64,000 bases of DNA from Patescibacteria group bacterium. GTDB lineage: Bacteria; Patescibacteriota; Minisyncoccia; Phycocordibacterales; Phycocordibacteraceae. Location: the NCBI GenBank assembly GCA_018970425.1, contig JAGWWK010000004.1:1811-65810 (forward strand), in the 5' to 3' direction. The notes beneath the pieces were generated by a model. The model saw nothing but the letters and a program-made list of their open reading frames with translations, was not told where the DNA came from and made no database searches. The position numbers and the translations under genes were made by a program. Every line of letters starts with the position of its first letter. Position 1 is the first letter of the stretch. Positions 10,224-22,544 of this stretch are shown here, piece after piece.

Positions 10224-10255
10224 GCAAAAAACCTCCCTCACGGGAGGTTTTTTGT
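10224..10255 (+). terminator. Intrinsic terminator
   Basis: AAAAAACCTCCC-TCAC-GGGAGGTTTTTT. Confidence 0.9.
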
Positions 10256-10285
10256 TTGTCTGCGTAGACAGGGTATACTGGCGCC

Positions 10286-11032
10286 ATGCATATGAATAAA
10301 ATAATTGTTAGTCTTGTTGGGGTAGTAGCCCTCGCTGGAGTAGCTCTGGGTATGTACTATGCTGTTTCAGCAGGAATTTTTTCGCCCGCACCACGAGAAG
10401 AAATAGTCTACGTACTAGAGTCAGTAAAAGACGGTACGTACACGGGAACACTCCCATCGCTCGATCACCGCATCGGTCCCTCAACACTTCCTGAAGAGGC
10501 GCGAGCAGCGTTCGATGCGAAAGCGCGTGAAAACCAACAGCGCCTCGCTCGCGTACCATACGACGGCAATGAGTGGATGAATCTTGCACTTCACTACAAG
10601 TCGGGTAACGATACTAAGGCAGCCGAAGAGGTATGGAATTTTATTGTCGCCGTTACGCCCTCGAATGTGACTGCAATCAATAATCTCGGTCGCCTCTATC
10701 ATTACGACTATAAAGATTTCCCGAAGGCGGAAGAATTTTTCCGACAGGCACTAGCTGCTAATCCCGACCGACCCGAAGCGTACATCGAGCTCTTTGATCT
10801 CTATCGCTACTCGTACAAGAAGGACACGACTGCGGCAGTTGACATCTTGACTGAGGCCGCAGAGCGCTTCAGCGACAGTCCGAACTATCATGCATTGCTT
10901 GGCGTCTACTACCGTGATGCGGGGCGCACAGGACTTGCGCGGATACATTTTGAGAAGGCGCTTTCGATTGCGCGAAAAATCGGGGATCTTAACTCCGTAT
11001 CTACGCTTACGAGTGAGCTCTCGCGCCTCTAG
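10286..11032 (+). CDS. Membrane-anchored TPR protein
   Basis: N-terminal TM; TPR patterns NNLGRLYHYDYKDFPKAEEFFRQAL and LLGVYYRDAGRTGLARIHFEKAL. Confidence 0.85.
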   Translation: MHMNKIIVSLVGVVALAGVALGMYYAVSAGIFSPAPREEIVYVLESVKDGTYTGTLPSLDHRIGPSTLPEEARAAFDAKARENQQRLARVPYDGNEWMNLALHYKSGNDTKAAEEVWNFIVAVTPSNVTAINNLGRLYHYDYKDFPKAEEFFRQALAANPDRPEAYIELFDLYRYSYKKDTTAAVDILTEAAERFSDSPNYHALLGVYYRDAGRTGLARIHFEKALSIARKIGDLNSVSTLTSELSRL

Positions 11033-11035
11033 CGT

Positions 11036-11137
11036 ATGCCGACGCCCGAGTTTTATAAATTTTTGGCGGTATTTGTTGCGATTATTCTCTTGACGCTTCT
11101 TATACTTGTGTTCCTTGAGGGAGGCGTGCTAGGATAG
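11036..11137 (+). CDS. Putative 33-aa single-TM microprotein
   Basis: MPTPEFYKFLAVFVAIILLTLLILVFLEGGVLG*, starting 3 nt after the TPR stop; not in the ORF track. Confidence 0.5.
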   Translation: MPTPEFYKFLAVFVAIILLTLLILVFLEGGVLG

Positions 11138-11144
11138 GCGATAG

Positions 11145-11212
11145 CACGGCTAGAGACAGCAGGGGACAGGTGCAGTGGTTGCTCATGTCTTAATCATCCT
11201 GCCGAGGTCGCA
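11145..11212 (+). promoter_or_regulatory. Ribosomal protein L10 leader
   Basis: AGAGACAGCAGG...TTAATCATCCTGCCGAGG matches the L10-leader pattern and lies directly upstream of rplJ. Confidence 0.75.
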
Positions 11213-11248
11213 CTCGTCCGTGCCATTAGAAACCTTAGGGATATTCCT

Positions 11249-11755
11249 ATGGCTATTACCAAACAAAAGAAAGCTGACATTTTGTCGCAACTGGGTTCCG
11301 CGCTTTCAGGCACGGCATCGGGCGTCTTTGTCTCCTTCAAAGGACTCACCGTAGCCGAGGTTACGGAACTGCGTCGCGAGCTCAAAAAGGATGCGGTCAA
11401 GTATCAGGTCGTCAAGAAAACGCTCTTGAAGCGCGTGCTTACCGACAAGAATCTCTCGGGCGACATGCCGAGCCTTGATGGCGAGGTCGCGGTTGCATAC
11501 CTTGCGAGTGGCGATGACCTCTCTGCGCCGGCTCGCGGTCTTCAGACCTTCGTAAAGAAATTTAAAGAGAAACTCGCGTTTCTCGGAGGCTTTGTAAGCG
11601 GGGCGTACTTGTCCCGCGATGAAATGCGCGCGCTTGCAGCAATTCCGCCGGTACCGGTATTGCGCGGCATGTTCGTAAATGTTATTAACTCGCCAATTCA
11701 GCGATTCGCTATCGCGATGAGTGAGGTGGCAAAAACTAAAACTAATTACGTATGA
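11249..11755 (+). CDS. rplJ: 50S ribosomal protein L10
   Basis: [28 protein letters not shown]; precedes L7/L12. Confidence 0.96.
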   Translation: MAITKQKKADILSQLGSALSGTASGVFVSFKGLTVAEVTELRRELKKDAVKYQVVKKTLLKRVLTDKNLSGDMPSLDGEVAVAYLASGDDLSAPARGLQTFVKKFKEKLAFLGGFVSGAYLSRDEMRALAAIPPVPVLRGMFVNVINSPIQRFAIAMSEVAKTKTNYV

Positions 11756-12114
11756 CTCAAGACGAAATTATTACAGCGGTAGAAAAGATGTCCGTCATGG
11801 AGCTTAACCAGCTCGTGAAGGCGATTGAGGAGAAGTGGGGTGTTTCAGCAACTGCAGTTGCTGCAGCAGGTCCTGCGGTTGCCGCGGATGCAGGTGAGGC
11901 GAAGTCAAGCTTTAACGTGAAGCTTGTGGATGGTGGTGCGCAGAAGATCGCCGTCATTAAGGTAGTGAAGGAAGCGCTCGCTCTTGGTCTCAAAGAAGCG
12001 AAGGACCTTGTTGATGGTGCACCGGCAGTACTTAAGGAAGGAATGAAGAAGGAGGATGCTGACGCCCTGAAAGCTGCTGTTGAGGCAGCAGGAGGAAAGG
12101 TTGAGTTGGTCTAA
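11752..12114 (+). CDS. rplL: 50S ribosomal protein L7/L12
   Basis: [27 protein letters not shown]. Confidence 0.98.
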   Translation: MTQDEIITAVEKMSVMELNQLVKAIEEKWGVSATAVAAAGPAVAADAGEAKSSFNVKLVDGGAQKIAVIKVVKEALALGLKEAKDLVDGAPAVLKEGMKKEDADALKAAVEAAGGKVELV

Positions 12115-12129
12115 TCCCGAGATCGTGTT

Positions 12130-12163
12130 ACAAAATCCCCGAACTGCGGGGATTTTGTTTTTT
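12130..12163 (+). terminator. Intrinsic terminator
   Basis: CAAAATCCCCG-AACTG-CGGGGATTTTG followed by a T-run. Confidence 0.9.
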
Positions 12164-12191
12164 GCCCGCTCCGCCTGTAGAATGGCGACAC

Positions 12192-12752
12192 ATGTTTCAA
12201 GAGCTTTCGAAATTGTTTGCGACACCGCTCCGCATTAAGCTCGTTAAACTTTTTGCGCTTGAGCGCGGTGCGTACCGAGCCGCAGCAGTGGCATCGCAGC
12301 TTGGTGCGCCACGTGCATCCGTTGCAGCTGAGATTTCTTCACTGCACCGCCTTGGCATTGTGCGTCGCGTACGAACGCCGCAGGGACTCGAGTTTGTATG
12401 GAACTCGGACTACGCACATGCCTTGAGCTTGCAGCAGTTTATTATTGCGGTTACTACGCCTACCGATCAGGTCGTACAGCGCTCATTCAAACCGCTTTCT
12501 CCGTACCTCGTGGTAGTTGCAGGCACGCTTGCGGATGAGACGCGTGGCGCAGTAGACATCCTCATTGTTACCAAGCGCCCGCAGGATCCGCGCATTGGGA
12601 AGGTGGTCAAACGACTTGAGGCGACAACGGCAGTGCCGATCCGGTATGCCGTACTTGAAGTGGGCGAGTACATTGCACGACGCGAAGGTTTTGACCGCAT
12701 GTTGCGCGACATTTTCGACTTCCGCCACCGGGTCATAATTGGTCGGGCGTAA
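12192..12752 (+). CDS. HTH protein with a nucleotidyltransferase-like C-terminal domain
   Basis: N-terminal wHTH pattern; C-terminal GTLADETRGAVDILIV; ATG 12192 follows TAGAAT. Confidence 0.7.
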   Translation: MFQELSKLFATPLRIKLVKLFALERGAYRAAAVASQLGAPRASVAAEISSLHRLGIVRRVRTPQGLEFVWNSDYAHALSLQQFIIAVTTPTDQVVQRSFKPLSPYLVVVAGTLADETRGAVDILIVTKRPQDPRIGKVVKRLEATTAVPIRYAVLEVGEYIARREGFDRMLRDIFDFRHRVIIGRA

Positions 12753-12849
12753 TCAACAGTCCGTCACGGGCACTATAGGTAGGGTGCTATCCTGACAGAG
12801 GCGGCGTATGCCGCCGCATTACAAAACTTTTAGTACATAGTTCACCCCC

Positions 12850-13539
12850 ATGCTTATTCAAACGTGGTCAACAGTACTCACTATGTCGTTCCAGAATCTC
12901 TGGTACGGTGTCGTTCAGTACTTGCCGAACATCCTGGTTGCCGTCATCATTTTCGTGATCGGCTGGCTCCTCGGATCCGCACTTAATAAAATTATCGTTC
13001 AGGTCGTGAAGAGCATTAAGCTCGACAGCGCACTGAAGAGTACTGGTCTTACGGAGACGGTGGAGCGCGCAGGATACTCACTCAACATCGGTGCCTTCAT
13101 TGGTACCTTGGTGCAGTGGTTTGTTATCATTGCGTTCCTCACAGCGTCGCTGGATGTCCTTGGTCTCTCACAAGTCAACGCGTTCCTCCAGTCGACGGTA
13201 CTTATGTACCTTCCGCAGGTGATCGTCGCAGTGCTCTTCATTGTGGTCGGTGCCGTGCTTGCTGATGTTGCGCAGCGCGTCATCACTGGTGCCGCACGAG
13301 CCGCTGACATCCGCTCTGCTGGATTTGCGGGCACAGTCGCAAAGTGGGCAATCCTCGTGTTTGCAATCCTTGCGGCGCTCGATCAACTCCAGGTTGCGCA
13401 AGCATTTGTGCAGACCTTGTTTACGGGTATTGTCGTATCGGTCTCCCTTGCCCTAGGTCTTGCCTTCGGCCTCGGCGGACAAGATGCCGCAGCTCGCTAC
13501 ATCGAGAAGTTGCGTGGCGACATTAGTCCAAAAAAGTAA
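12850..13539 (+). CDS. TM-helix-repeat membrane protein (MscS/CmpX-like)
   Basis: Two YLPxxxxAxxxxxxG repeats and LALGLAFGLGGQD. Confidence 0.85.
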   Translation: MLIQTWSTVLTMSFQNLWYGVVQYLPNILVAVIIFVIGWLLGSALNKIIVQVVKSIKLDSALKSTGLTETVERAGYSLNIGAFIGTLVQWFVIIAFLTASLDVLGLSQVNAFLQSTVLMYLPQVIVAVLFIVVGAVLADVAQRVITGAARAADIRSAGFAGTVAKWAILVFAILAALDQLQVAQAFVQTLFTGIVVSVSLALGLAFGLGGQDAAARYIEKLRGDISPKK

Positions 13540-13549
13540 GCGAATAGAC

Positions 13550-13578
13550 AAAAACCCCGCCATTTGGCGGGGTTTTTT
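13550..13578 (+). terminator. Intrinsic terminator
   Basis: AAAAACCCCGCC-ATTT-GGCGGGGTTTTT. Confidence 0.9.
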
Positions 13579-13640
13579 ACTGTGTACAACCCGGTGGATA
13601 AGGCCGTGTATAAGCACTACCTCTCTCCGGCGGGGTCTGC

Positions 13641-13669
13641 TTGACACCCTAGGAGCCTGGGAGTATACT
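13641..13669 (+). promoter_or_regulatory. 23S-5S rRNA promoter
   Basis: TTGACA-N17-TATACT. Confidence 0.85.
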
Positions 13670-13777
13670 CGTTTTAGTTTATGAAGGTAGTAAGAGGCAC
13701 CCTGCGGTCAATGGCGTAACCTCTGTTGTGGGTCACGTCAGGCCGCTCGGAAGCGGCCTTTTTTCTTCCTCATAAAC

Positions 13778-13790
13778 TGTTCATTGACAA
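13778..13790 (+). promoter_or_regulatory. boxA-like antitermination element
   Basis: TGTTCATTGACAA immediately before the 23S processing stem. Confidence 0.65.
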
Positions 13791-13872
13791 CTTGCATCGC
13801 ACACAACAAAAAACACTGAGCAAGTGTTAAGTTAATGACACTTGAATCGTTAATTGTGGTTTTCAGACTTCC

Positions 13873-17127
<3,255 letters not shown>

Positions 17128-17186
17128 AAGTGTGAAAATCATAGACGATACCAGTGTGTTTGTGCGGTGCAAGTAGTGAGAGCTCT

Positions 17187-17295
17187 GTTCTGGTGATTTG
17201 ACGCCGTGGTCACACCCGATCCCATTCCGAACTCGGCAGTTAAGCGCGGTAGTGGCGATGATACTCGAAAGGGGAAAGTAGCCAGTCGCCAGAAC
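17187..17295 (+). rRNA. rrf: 5S rRNA
   Basis: CACCCGATCCCATTCCGAACTCGGCAGTTAAG; terminal helix extended by GTGAGAGCTCT/AGAGCTCTCAC. Confidence 0.96.
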
Positions 17296-17319
17296 AGAGC
17301 TCTCACCATGACGAACACA

Positions 17320-17342
17320 GCCGCCGTAAGGCGGCTTTTTTC
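17320..17342 (+). terminator. 23S-5S operon terminator
   Basis: AGCCGCC-GTAA-GGCGGCT-TTTTT. Confidence 0.9.
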
Positions 17343-17377
17343 GTGCGTACTGTGGGCCTGCTTGCTACACTGGCTGT

Positions 17378-18130
17378 ATGCAGTGGGCACAGCGCAGAAA
17401 GGTATTCATAGCTCTCAGTATTGCCGCGTCAGGAGCACTCGTCTGCGGAGCTCTTTGGTTTGGTCTCTTCTACCGCGCGCCATCATGTACAGATGGTGTA
17501 CAAAACAATGACGAACGGGGCGTTGACTGCGGTGGATCCTGTGCGCGGCTCTGCGCCGTGCCTCGGGTCGATCCGCTTTGGGCACGGGCTGTGCGCGTCG
17601 CGGACGGCGTGTATCACGGTGTCGCACTCATCAGAAATCCTGAGCAAGGTGCGAGCGGAACAGATATTGAGTACCGGTACTCTTTGTACGACGCTCAGGG
17701 AATTCTCGTAGCGGAGCGCCGTGGTGCACTAACACTGCAACCGAACGAGGTCCGCGTGTTGTTCGAGTCGAGTATCATTACGGGTTCTCAGCGCCCTGTG
17801 CGCGCGGTCGTGAGTCTGAATGGGGGAGAATGGGAGCGCGGTACGCGAGACGCATCTACTGTTTCAGTCATTCCCGGCGTTCTTGATAGCGGAGCGCGTA
17901 CGCTCACCGCGACTCTTGTAAATGACACGCCTCTCGATGTGCGCAATGTGGTTGCGAATGCGCTCCTCTTTGATAGTGACGGGATTCTGGTCACGGCCTC
18001 CGAGACGCGTGTGCCTCTTCTAAGGGCTCGCTCGCGCACAGAAGTTGTATTTACCTGGATAGAACCATTCGCACGTCCTATTGGTACGACGGACGTTTTG
18101 GTGCGGGAAGATGATGCGCGTCGGAATTGA
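17378..18130 (+). CDS. Membrane-anchored hypothetical protein with a Cys-rich motif
   Basis: TM segment, SCTDGVQNNDERGVDCGGSC motif, two beta-rich domains; overlaps the rodA start. Confidence 0.75.
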   Translation: MQWAQRRKVFIALSIAASGALVCGALWFGLFYRAPSCTDGVQNNDERGVDCGGSCARLCAVPRVDPLWARAVRVADGVYHGVALIRNPEQGASGTDIEYRYSLYDAQGILVAERRGALTLQPNEVRVLFESSIITGSQRPVRAVVSLNGGEWERGTRDASTVSVIPGVLDSGARTLTATLVNDTPLDVRNVVANALLFDSDGILVTASETRVPLLRARSRTEVVFTWIEPFARPIGTTDVLVREDDARRN

Positions 18131-19223
18131 TTGGGTGCTCCTCGGCGCTGCGCTCGCGATTGCGGCTGCGGGGCTTGTATCTATGGCCGGATTTTCTGGT
18201 GACACAGGATTTGCTGAGCGGCAGCTTATTTGGGTTGGGTTGGGGCTTTGTGTGTACTTCACCCTAGCCTCTTTTGATTTACGCTTTTTGCGACGCACGT
18301 CGGTTGTCGTTGCTGTATATGCTATTGCCGTTTGTATGCTCGCACTTCTTTTTATTTTTGGTTCAGTTTTTTCCGGAGCACAAGGGTGGTTTAATTTAGG
18401 TTTTTTTGCATTGCAGCCGGCCGATCCCGCAAAGTTCGCCTTGATTCTCGTCTTAGCTAAGTATTTTTCGCGGCGGCACGTAGAGATAGCTCGTTTTCGT
18501 CATATAGCGATTTCTGGTGCGTATGCCGGTATCATTTTTTTACTGCTCTTTTTTCAACCGGATTTCGGTTCCGCTGCAATTATTGGCGCAGTCTGGTTGG
18601 GTGTTGTACTGATTGCCGGTATACCGTTGAGGTACGTAGCGGGACTTGTTGGTGCCGGTGCAGTCGCGCTCCTTTTGTTGTGGAACTTTGGATTCGCCGA
18701 GTATCAAAAAGCACGAATCCTCTCCTTTATAAATCCACTTGGCGATATACACGGATCGGGCTACAACGCGTTTCAATCGACCGTTGCGATTGGCTCTGGG
18801 GGCCTTCTCGGTCAAGGGGTTGGTTACGGAACGCAGTCACGCCTAGAGTTTTTGCCGCAGCACGAGACTGACTTTATATTTGCTTCTTTTGCGGAAGAAT
18901 GGGGTTTTCTAGGGGTGTGCTTGCTTATTGCGATCTTTGGTGTGCTGATAGCACGAATCGTCTCGCACGCTCAGCGCGGAGAGACTAATTTTGAATCGTT
19001 ATTTTCGCTCGGTGTTGCAGTCATTTTTCTCGTGCATGCAACCGTGCACACAGGCACGAACGTAGGGCTTTTGCCGGTGACAGGCACCACACTTCCGTTT
19101 ATGAGCTATGGCGGCTCGCATATTCTCGTAGAGTTCGGCATGCTTGGCATGGTCAATGCCATGAGTAGATACGGCAGGGCAGTACGCCCGCAGAATGCCA
19201 CGGAGGTGGTCGGTCTGACTTAA
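18111..19223 (+). CDS. rodA: SEDS peptidoglycan polymerase, RodA-type
   Basis: LQPADPAK, QPDFGSA, GSGYNAFQSTVAIGSGG, LPQHETDFIFASFAEEWGF, TLPFMSYGGS. Confidence 0.92.
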   Translation: MMRVGIDWVLLGAALAIAAAGLVSMAGFSGDTGFAERQLIWVGLGLCVYFTLASFDLRFLRRTSVVVAVYAIAVCMLALLFIFGSVFSGAQGWFNLGFFALQPADPAKFALILVLAKYFSRRHVEIARFRHIAISGAYAGIIFLLLFFQPDFGSAAIIGAVWLGVVLIAGIPLRYVAGLVGAGAVALLLLWNFGFAEYQKARILSFINPLGDIHGSGYNAFQSTVAIGSGGLLGQGVGYGTQSRLEFLPQHETDFIFASFAEEWGFLGVCLLIAIFGVLIARIVSHAQRGETNFESLFSLGVAVIFLVHATVHTGTNVGLLPVTGTTLPFMSYGGSHILVEFGMLGMVNAMSRYGRAVRPQNATEVVGLT

Positions 19224-20332
19224 CCCTCGTAGACTTCTGATGTTTCTCGAATCATACGGTCGAGTGTAAAGTCTCGTTGTATTCGCTCGCGTAATGCCTC
19301 TGCGTATCGTACACGCGTATTGGGTAGTGTAAGAAACTCTGTCATAGATTCCGCGAGAGCTAGGTCATTAAATGCGTGCACGAGGTCTCCAGAAACTTGG
19401 TCGGTAATAATTTCGGGCACACCTCCCACTGCGGTAGCAATCACTGGAACACCAGCAAGTCCCGCCTCAAGAACGACATACGGTAATCCTTCTTTTCTCG
19501 AAGGAAGAATGTATGTGTCAAACGCGGGAATGAGGCGTGAAGCATTCTCAATAAATCCAACAAGATGCACACGGTCCCCGAGGGACAACTCACTAATTTT
19601 TTCGATAAGGCGTTCGCGCTCCTCACCGTCACCAATAATTACGATATGTGCTCCATCCACCAAGAACGCGGCTTCAATCAAAATATCGAGACCTTTATTG
19701 GTGTGGTGCTCAGCAATAGCGCCGAACACAAATGTATCAGGAGGAATCTGGGCCCTCTCTGAGAGTACTGCTCGGGCCTCGTCACGAGAGAGAAATTGTT
19801 GTGGTGCTATGCCATTGTGGATCGTTATGGTCCGTGACTTCAGGGGGGCTAGTAATGCATCGAAGTGGGAGACTGCGATCGTTTGATGCACGAGTGTCTG
19901 GGTTAAAAAAGACATGAGGAGGCGGAAGAGTCGTACGGAGCGCGTAACGGGCTCGTTAAATGCCCAACCATGCACTGTGTAGATTATGCGCGGAACATGC
20001 GCGAGTCGCGCTGCTAGTGCGCCGACGCCGCCTGCTTTTGCTGAATTGAGGTGTATGATGTCTGGCCGCTCGGCGCGAAAAAGTCGCATGAGCTCAATGC
20101 ACGCTTTGACATCACCGCCAAACTCAACGTCACGCTCGAGGGTTGGTATGTGAATGGTGCGGATGCCGAGCGCTCGCGCTTCTCTGAAGAGGCGTCCGTC
20201 AGTTCCTGCGACGATGGTTATCGCGTATGTGGACGCGAGCGAGCGAGCGAGGTCAAACACATATCTCTGGGCGCCACCCCAGGTGCCTTTTGTAATAACT
20301 AAAAAAAGCTTTTTTTTCGCGCGTGGAAGCAT
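19220..20332 (-). CDS. GT4 glycosyltransferase
   Basis: GGAQRY, LPSRKEGLPYVVLEAGLAGVPVIATAVGG. Confidence 0.92.
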   Translation of the reverse strand: MLPRAKKKLFLVITKGTWGGAQRYVFDLARSLASTYAITIVAGTDGRLFREARALGIRTIHIPTLERDVEFGGDVKACIELMRLFRAERPDIIHLNSAKAGGVGALAARLAHVPRIIYTVHGWAFNEPVTRSVRLFRLLMSFLTQTLVHQTIAVSHFDALLAPLKSRTITIHNGIAPQQFLSRDEARAVLSERAQIPPDTFVFGAIAEHHTNKGLDILIEAAFLVDGAHIVIIGDGEERERLIEKISELSLGDRVHLVGFIENASRLIPAFDTYILPSRKEGLPYVVLEAGLAGVPVIATAVGGVPEIITDQVSGDLVHAFNDLALAESMTEFLTLPNTRVRYAEALRERIQRDFTLDRMIRETSEVYEG

Positions 20333-20386
20333 TTAGTGCTTATTTTGTACCATAAAATCGAGTTCTATGCTACAGTGTCCGCATCG

Positions 20387-21721
20387 ATGCTAGAGCGGCA
20401 TACCCGTGATTTGAGTATTTTATTTCTCGGCGATATTGCGATTGCCGCGCTCTCACTCTGGCTCGCGCTGTACGTGCGTCGATTTGAAATACCGACACTG
20501 GCTTCTTATGCGGAGCACCTTGCTGTGTTTGGAATCCTTATACTTCTATCGTGTGTTGTGTTTGTAGCAGTTGGACTCTATGACCGGACTGTCGCTTTGT
20601 TTGAGCGTTCGCTTCCCGTAACGGTCTTTGAAGCGCAATCCGTAAACGCCGTGCTTGCCGTTCTTTTTTTCTTTTTTGCCCCTGTCGCGATTCAACCTAA
20701 AACAATACTCGTCTTGTACTTTGTCATCTCGACGCTTCTTATAATAGTGTGGCGCCTCGGGATCTTCCGAATCCGAACGCTGACGCGCCCTACGATGCCA
20801 GCTGTAATCGTTGGTCGCGGAGATGAGATAGATGCTATTGCGGCGGCGCTCTCTGAACCGCCATTCGTGCAGCTCTCCTGCGGAGCACGAATCGATGTAG
20901 ACAAAGAAGATGCGTTCCTAGTGCGTCATGTTCTTGATACGGCAAGGACTGTCCGTGCGCTCTACGTCGTTGCGGATGAGCAATTTTCAGCACGTATTCG
21001 ACCTGAATTACCGCGCGAGATGCGCATCATTGACGCTGCGGCTTTGTTTGAAGAGCGTACGTCACGCGCTCCGCTTTCTCTCATCGACGCTGAAACGTTT
21101 CGTGCCGCATCGCACTCGCGCGCGAATGTTCTCTATGATGCACTGAAGCGTGCTATGGACATTGGCGCTGCGGTCATTCTCGGTAGCGTATCGCTTCTGG
21201 TATATCCGGTTGTGTGGCTCGCGGTATATCTTGAAGATCGAGGGCCGCTGTTTGTACGGCAGGAGCGTGTCGGCCAGGGCGGTGTAGTGTTTCCAATGTA
21301 CAAGTTTCGTTCAATGACCGGTAACGATAGCGGTGCGTACGGGGAGTCCGGAAAGACACAGCTCCGTGTCACTCGCGTTGGGGCATTTCTCAGAAAATCG
21401 CGCATTGATGAATTGCCCCAGCTTTGGTCGGTGCTCCTGGGATACCAGTCGCTCATAGGTCCGCGCCCAGAGCTGCCACCGCTTGTTGCGGAATATCGAA
21501 CACGCATTCCGCTCTATGATTTGCGCCACTTAGTAAAGCCCGGACTCTCTGGGTGGGCGCAAGTGTATCACCAAGCACACCCACACCATGGCGCAGACGT
21601 AGAAGAGACTGAGCGCAAACTTTCATACGACCTCTACTACGTAAAGCACCGCTCACTCTTTCTTGATCTCGATATTGCACTGAAGACTATTAAGACACTC
21701 GCACTTCGCGTAGGAGCGTAA
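20387..21721 (+). CDS. Polyprenyl-phosphate sugar phosphotransferase (WcaJ/WbaP-like)
   Basis: KRAMD, YKFRSM, RKSRIDELPQLWSVL, SLIGPRPE, VKPGLSGWAQV; N-terminal TMs. Confidence 0.93.
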   Translation: MLERHTRDLSILFLGDIAIAALSLWLALYVRRFEIPTLASYAEHLAVFGILILLSCVVFVAVGLYDRTVALFERSLPVTVFEAQSVNAVLAVLFFFFAPVAIQPKTILVLYFVISTLLIIVWRLGIFRIRTLTRPTMPAVIVGRGDEIDAIAAALSEPPFVQLSCGARIDVDKEDAFLVRHVLDTARTVRALYVVADEQFSARIRPELPREMRIIDAAALFEERTSRAPLSLIDAETFRAASHSRANVLYDALKRAMDIGAAVILGSVSLLVYPVVWLAVYLEDRGPLFVRQERVGQGGVVFPMYKFRSMTGNDSGAYGESGKTQLRVTRVGAFLRKSRIDELPQLWSVLLGYQSLIGPRPELPPLVAEYRTRIPLYDLRHLVKPGLSGWAQVYHQAHPHHGADVEETERKLSYDLYYVKHRSLFLDLDIALKTIKTLALRVGA

Positions 21722-21723
21722 CT

Positions 21724-22506
21724 ATGCTGATTCACGGACATTCCATTGCGGAGTCACGACTACATGAGTTGCAGCTCGAGCGATCTAAACTTGGGCCGTT
21801 GACTCTTTCAATTGTAGTGATGCAGGAAGACGCAGTAACGAATTCGTTCTTAAAGATTAAGCGACGAGTTGCAGAACGTCTTGGGGTCGCGGTGGTGTAC
21901 GTTCCGACACTTGCTGAGGCGGTAGGGGATGGAGTGATACTCCAGCTACCGCTCCCACTGGGCGTTGATCAAGATGTGGAGCGAAACAAGATTCCGTTCA
22001 TGAAGGATGTAGATGGTTTGTCTGACGCAGCATTCGAGGCGTTTTGTCGGGGCGAGTTTCCTCCACCGCCGGTCGCGCGTGCTCTAGACGATATCTTGAA
22101 GCTGTATGATATATCATACAAAGACAAACAGGTGGTGGTGGTTGGTAAGGGAAGATTGGTGGGCGCACCTGCGGCGGAACTTTTTAGGCAGCGCGGTGCT
22201 CATGTCACCGTGCTTGAACGGGGAGCTCCGCTCGACGTGGTGCGCGAGGCAGACATACTTGTCTTGGGCGCGGGCTCTCCGGGGCTTATTACGCCCGAGC
22301 TCATACACCCCGGCGTCGTGATACTCGACGCCGGTACTTCAGAGTCTGCAGGCAAGGTGGTAGGGGACGCTGACCCTCGATGCGCTGAGCGAGCCTCTCT
22401 TATGACGGCGGTCCCGGGTGGCGTTGGTCCCATCGCCGTCGTCGAGATTTTTGCAAACCTCTTTGAGCTCGTTCGCAGGGGTCATACTGTCAGTGCTAGG
22501 ACCTGA
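21724..22506 (+). CDS. folD: Methylenetetrahydrofolate dehydrogenase/cyclohydrolase
   Basis: GVILQLPLP, KDVDGL, GKGRLVGAP, TAVPGGVGPIAV. Confidence 0.9.
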   Translation: MLIHGHSIAESRLHELQLERSKLGPLTLSIVVMQEDAVTNSFLKIKRRVAERLGVAVVYVPTLAEAVGDGVILQLPLPLGVDQDVERNKIPFMKDVDGLSDAAFEAFCRGEFPPPPVARALDDILKLYDISYKDKQVVVVGKGRLVGAPAAELFRQRGAHVTVLERGAPLDVVREADILVLGAGSPGLITPELIHPGVVILDAGTSESAGKVVGDADPRCAERASLMTAVPGGVGPIAVVEIFANLFELVRRGHTVSART

Positions 22507-22544
22507 TTGCGCAAACGAAAAAGTCGCGTCATACTGCCCCCTGT

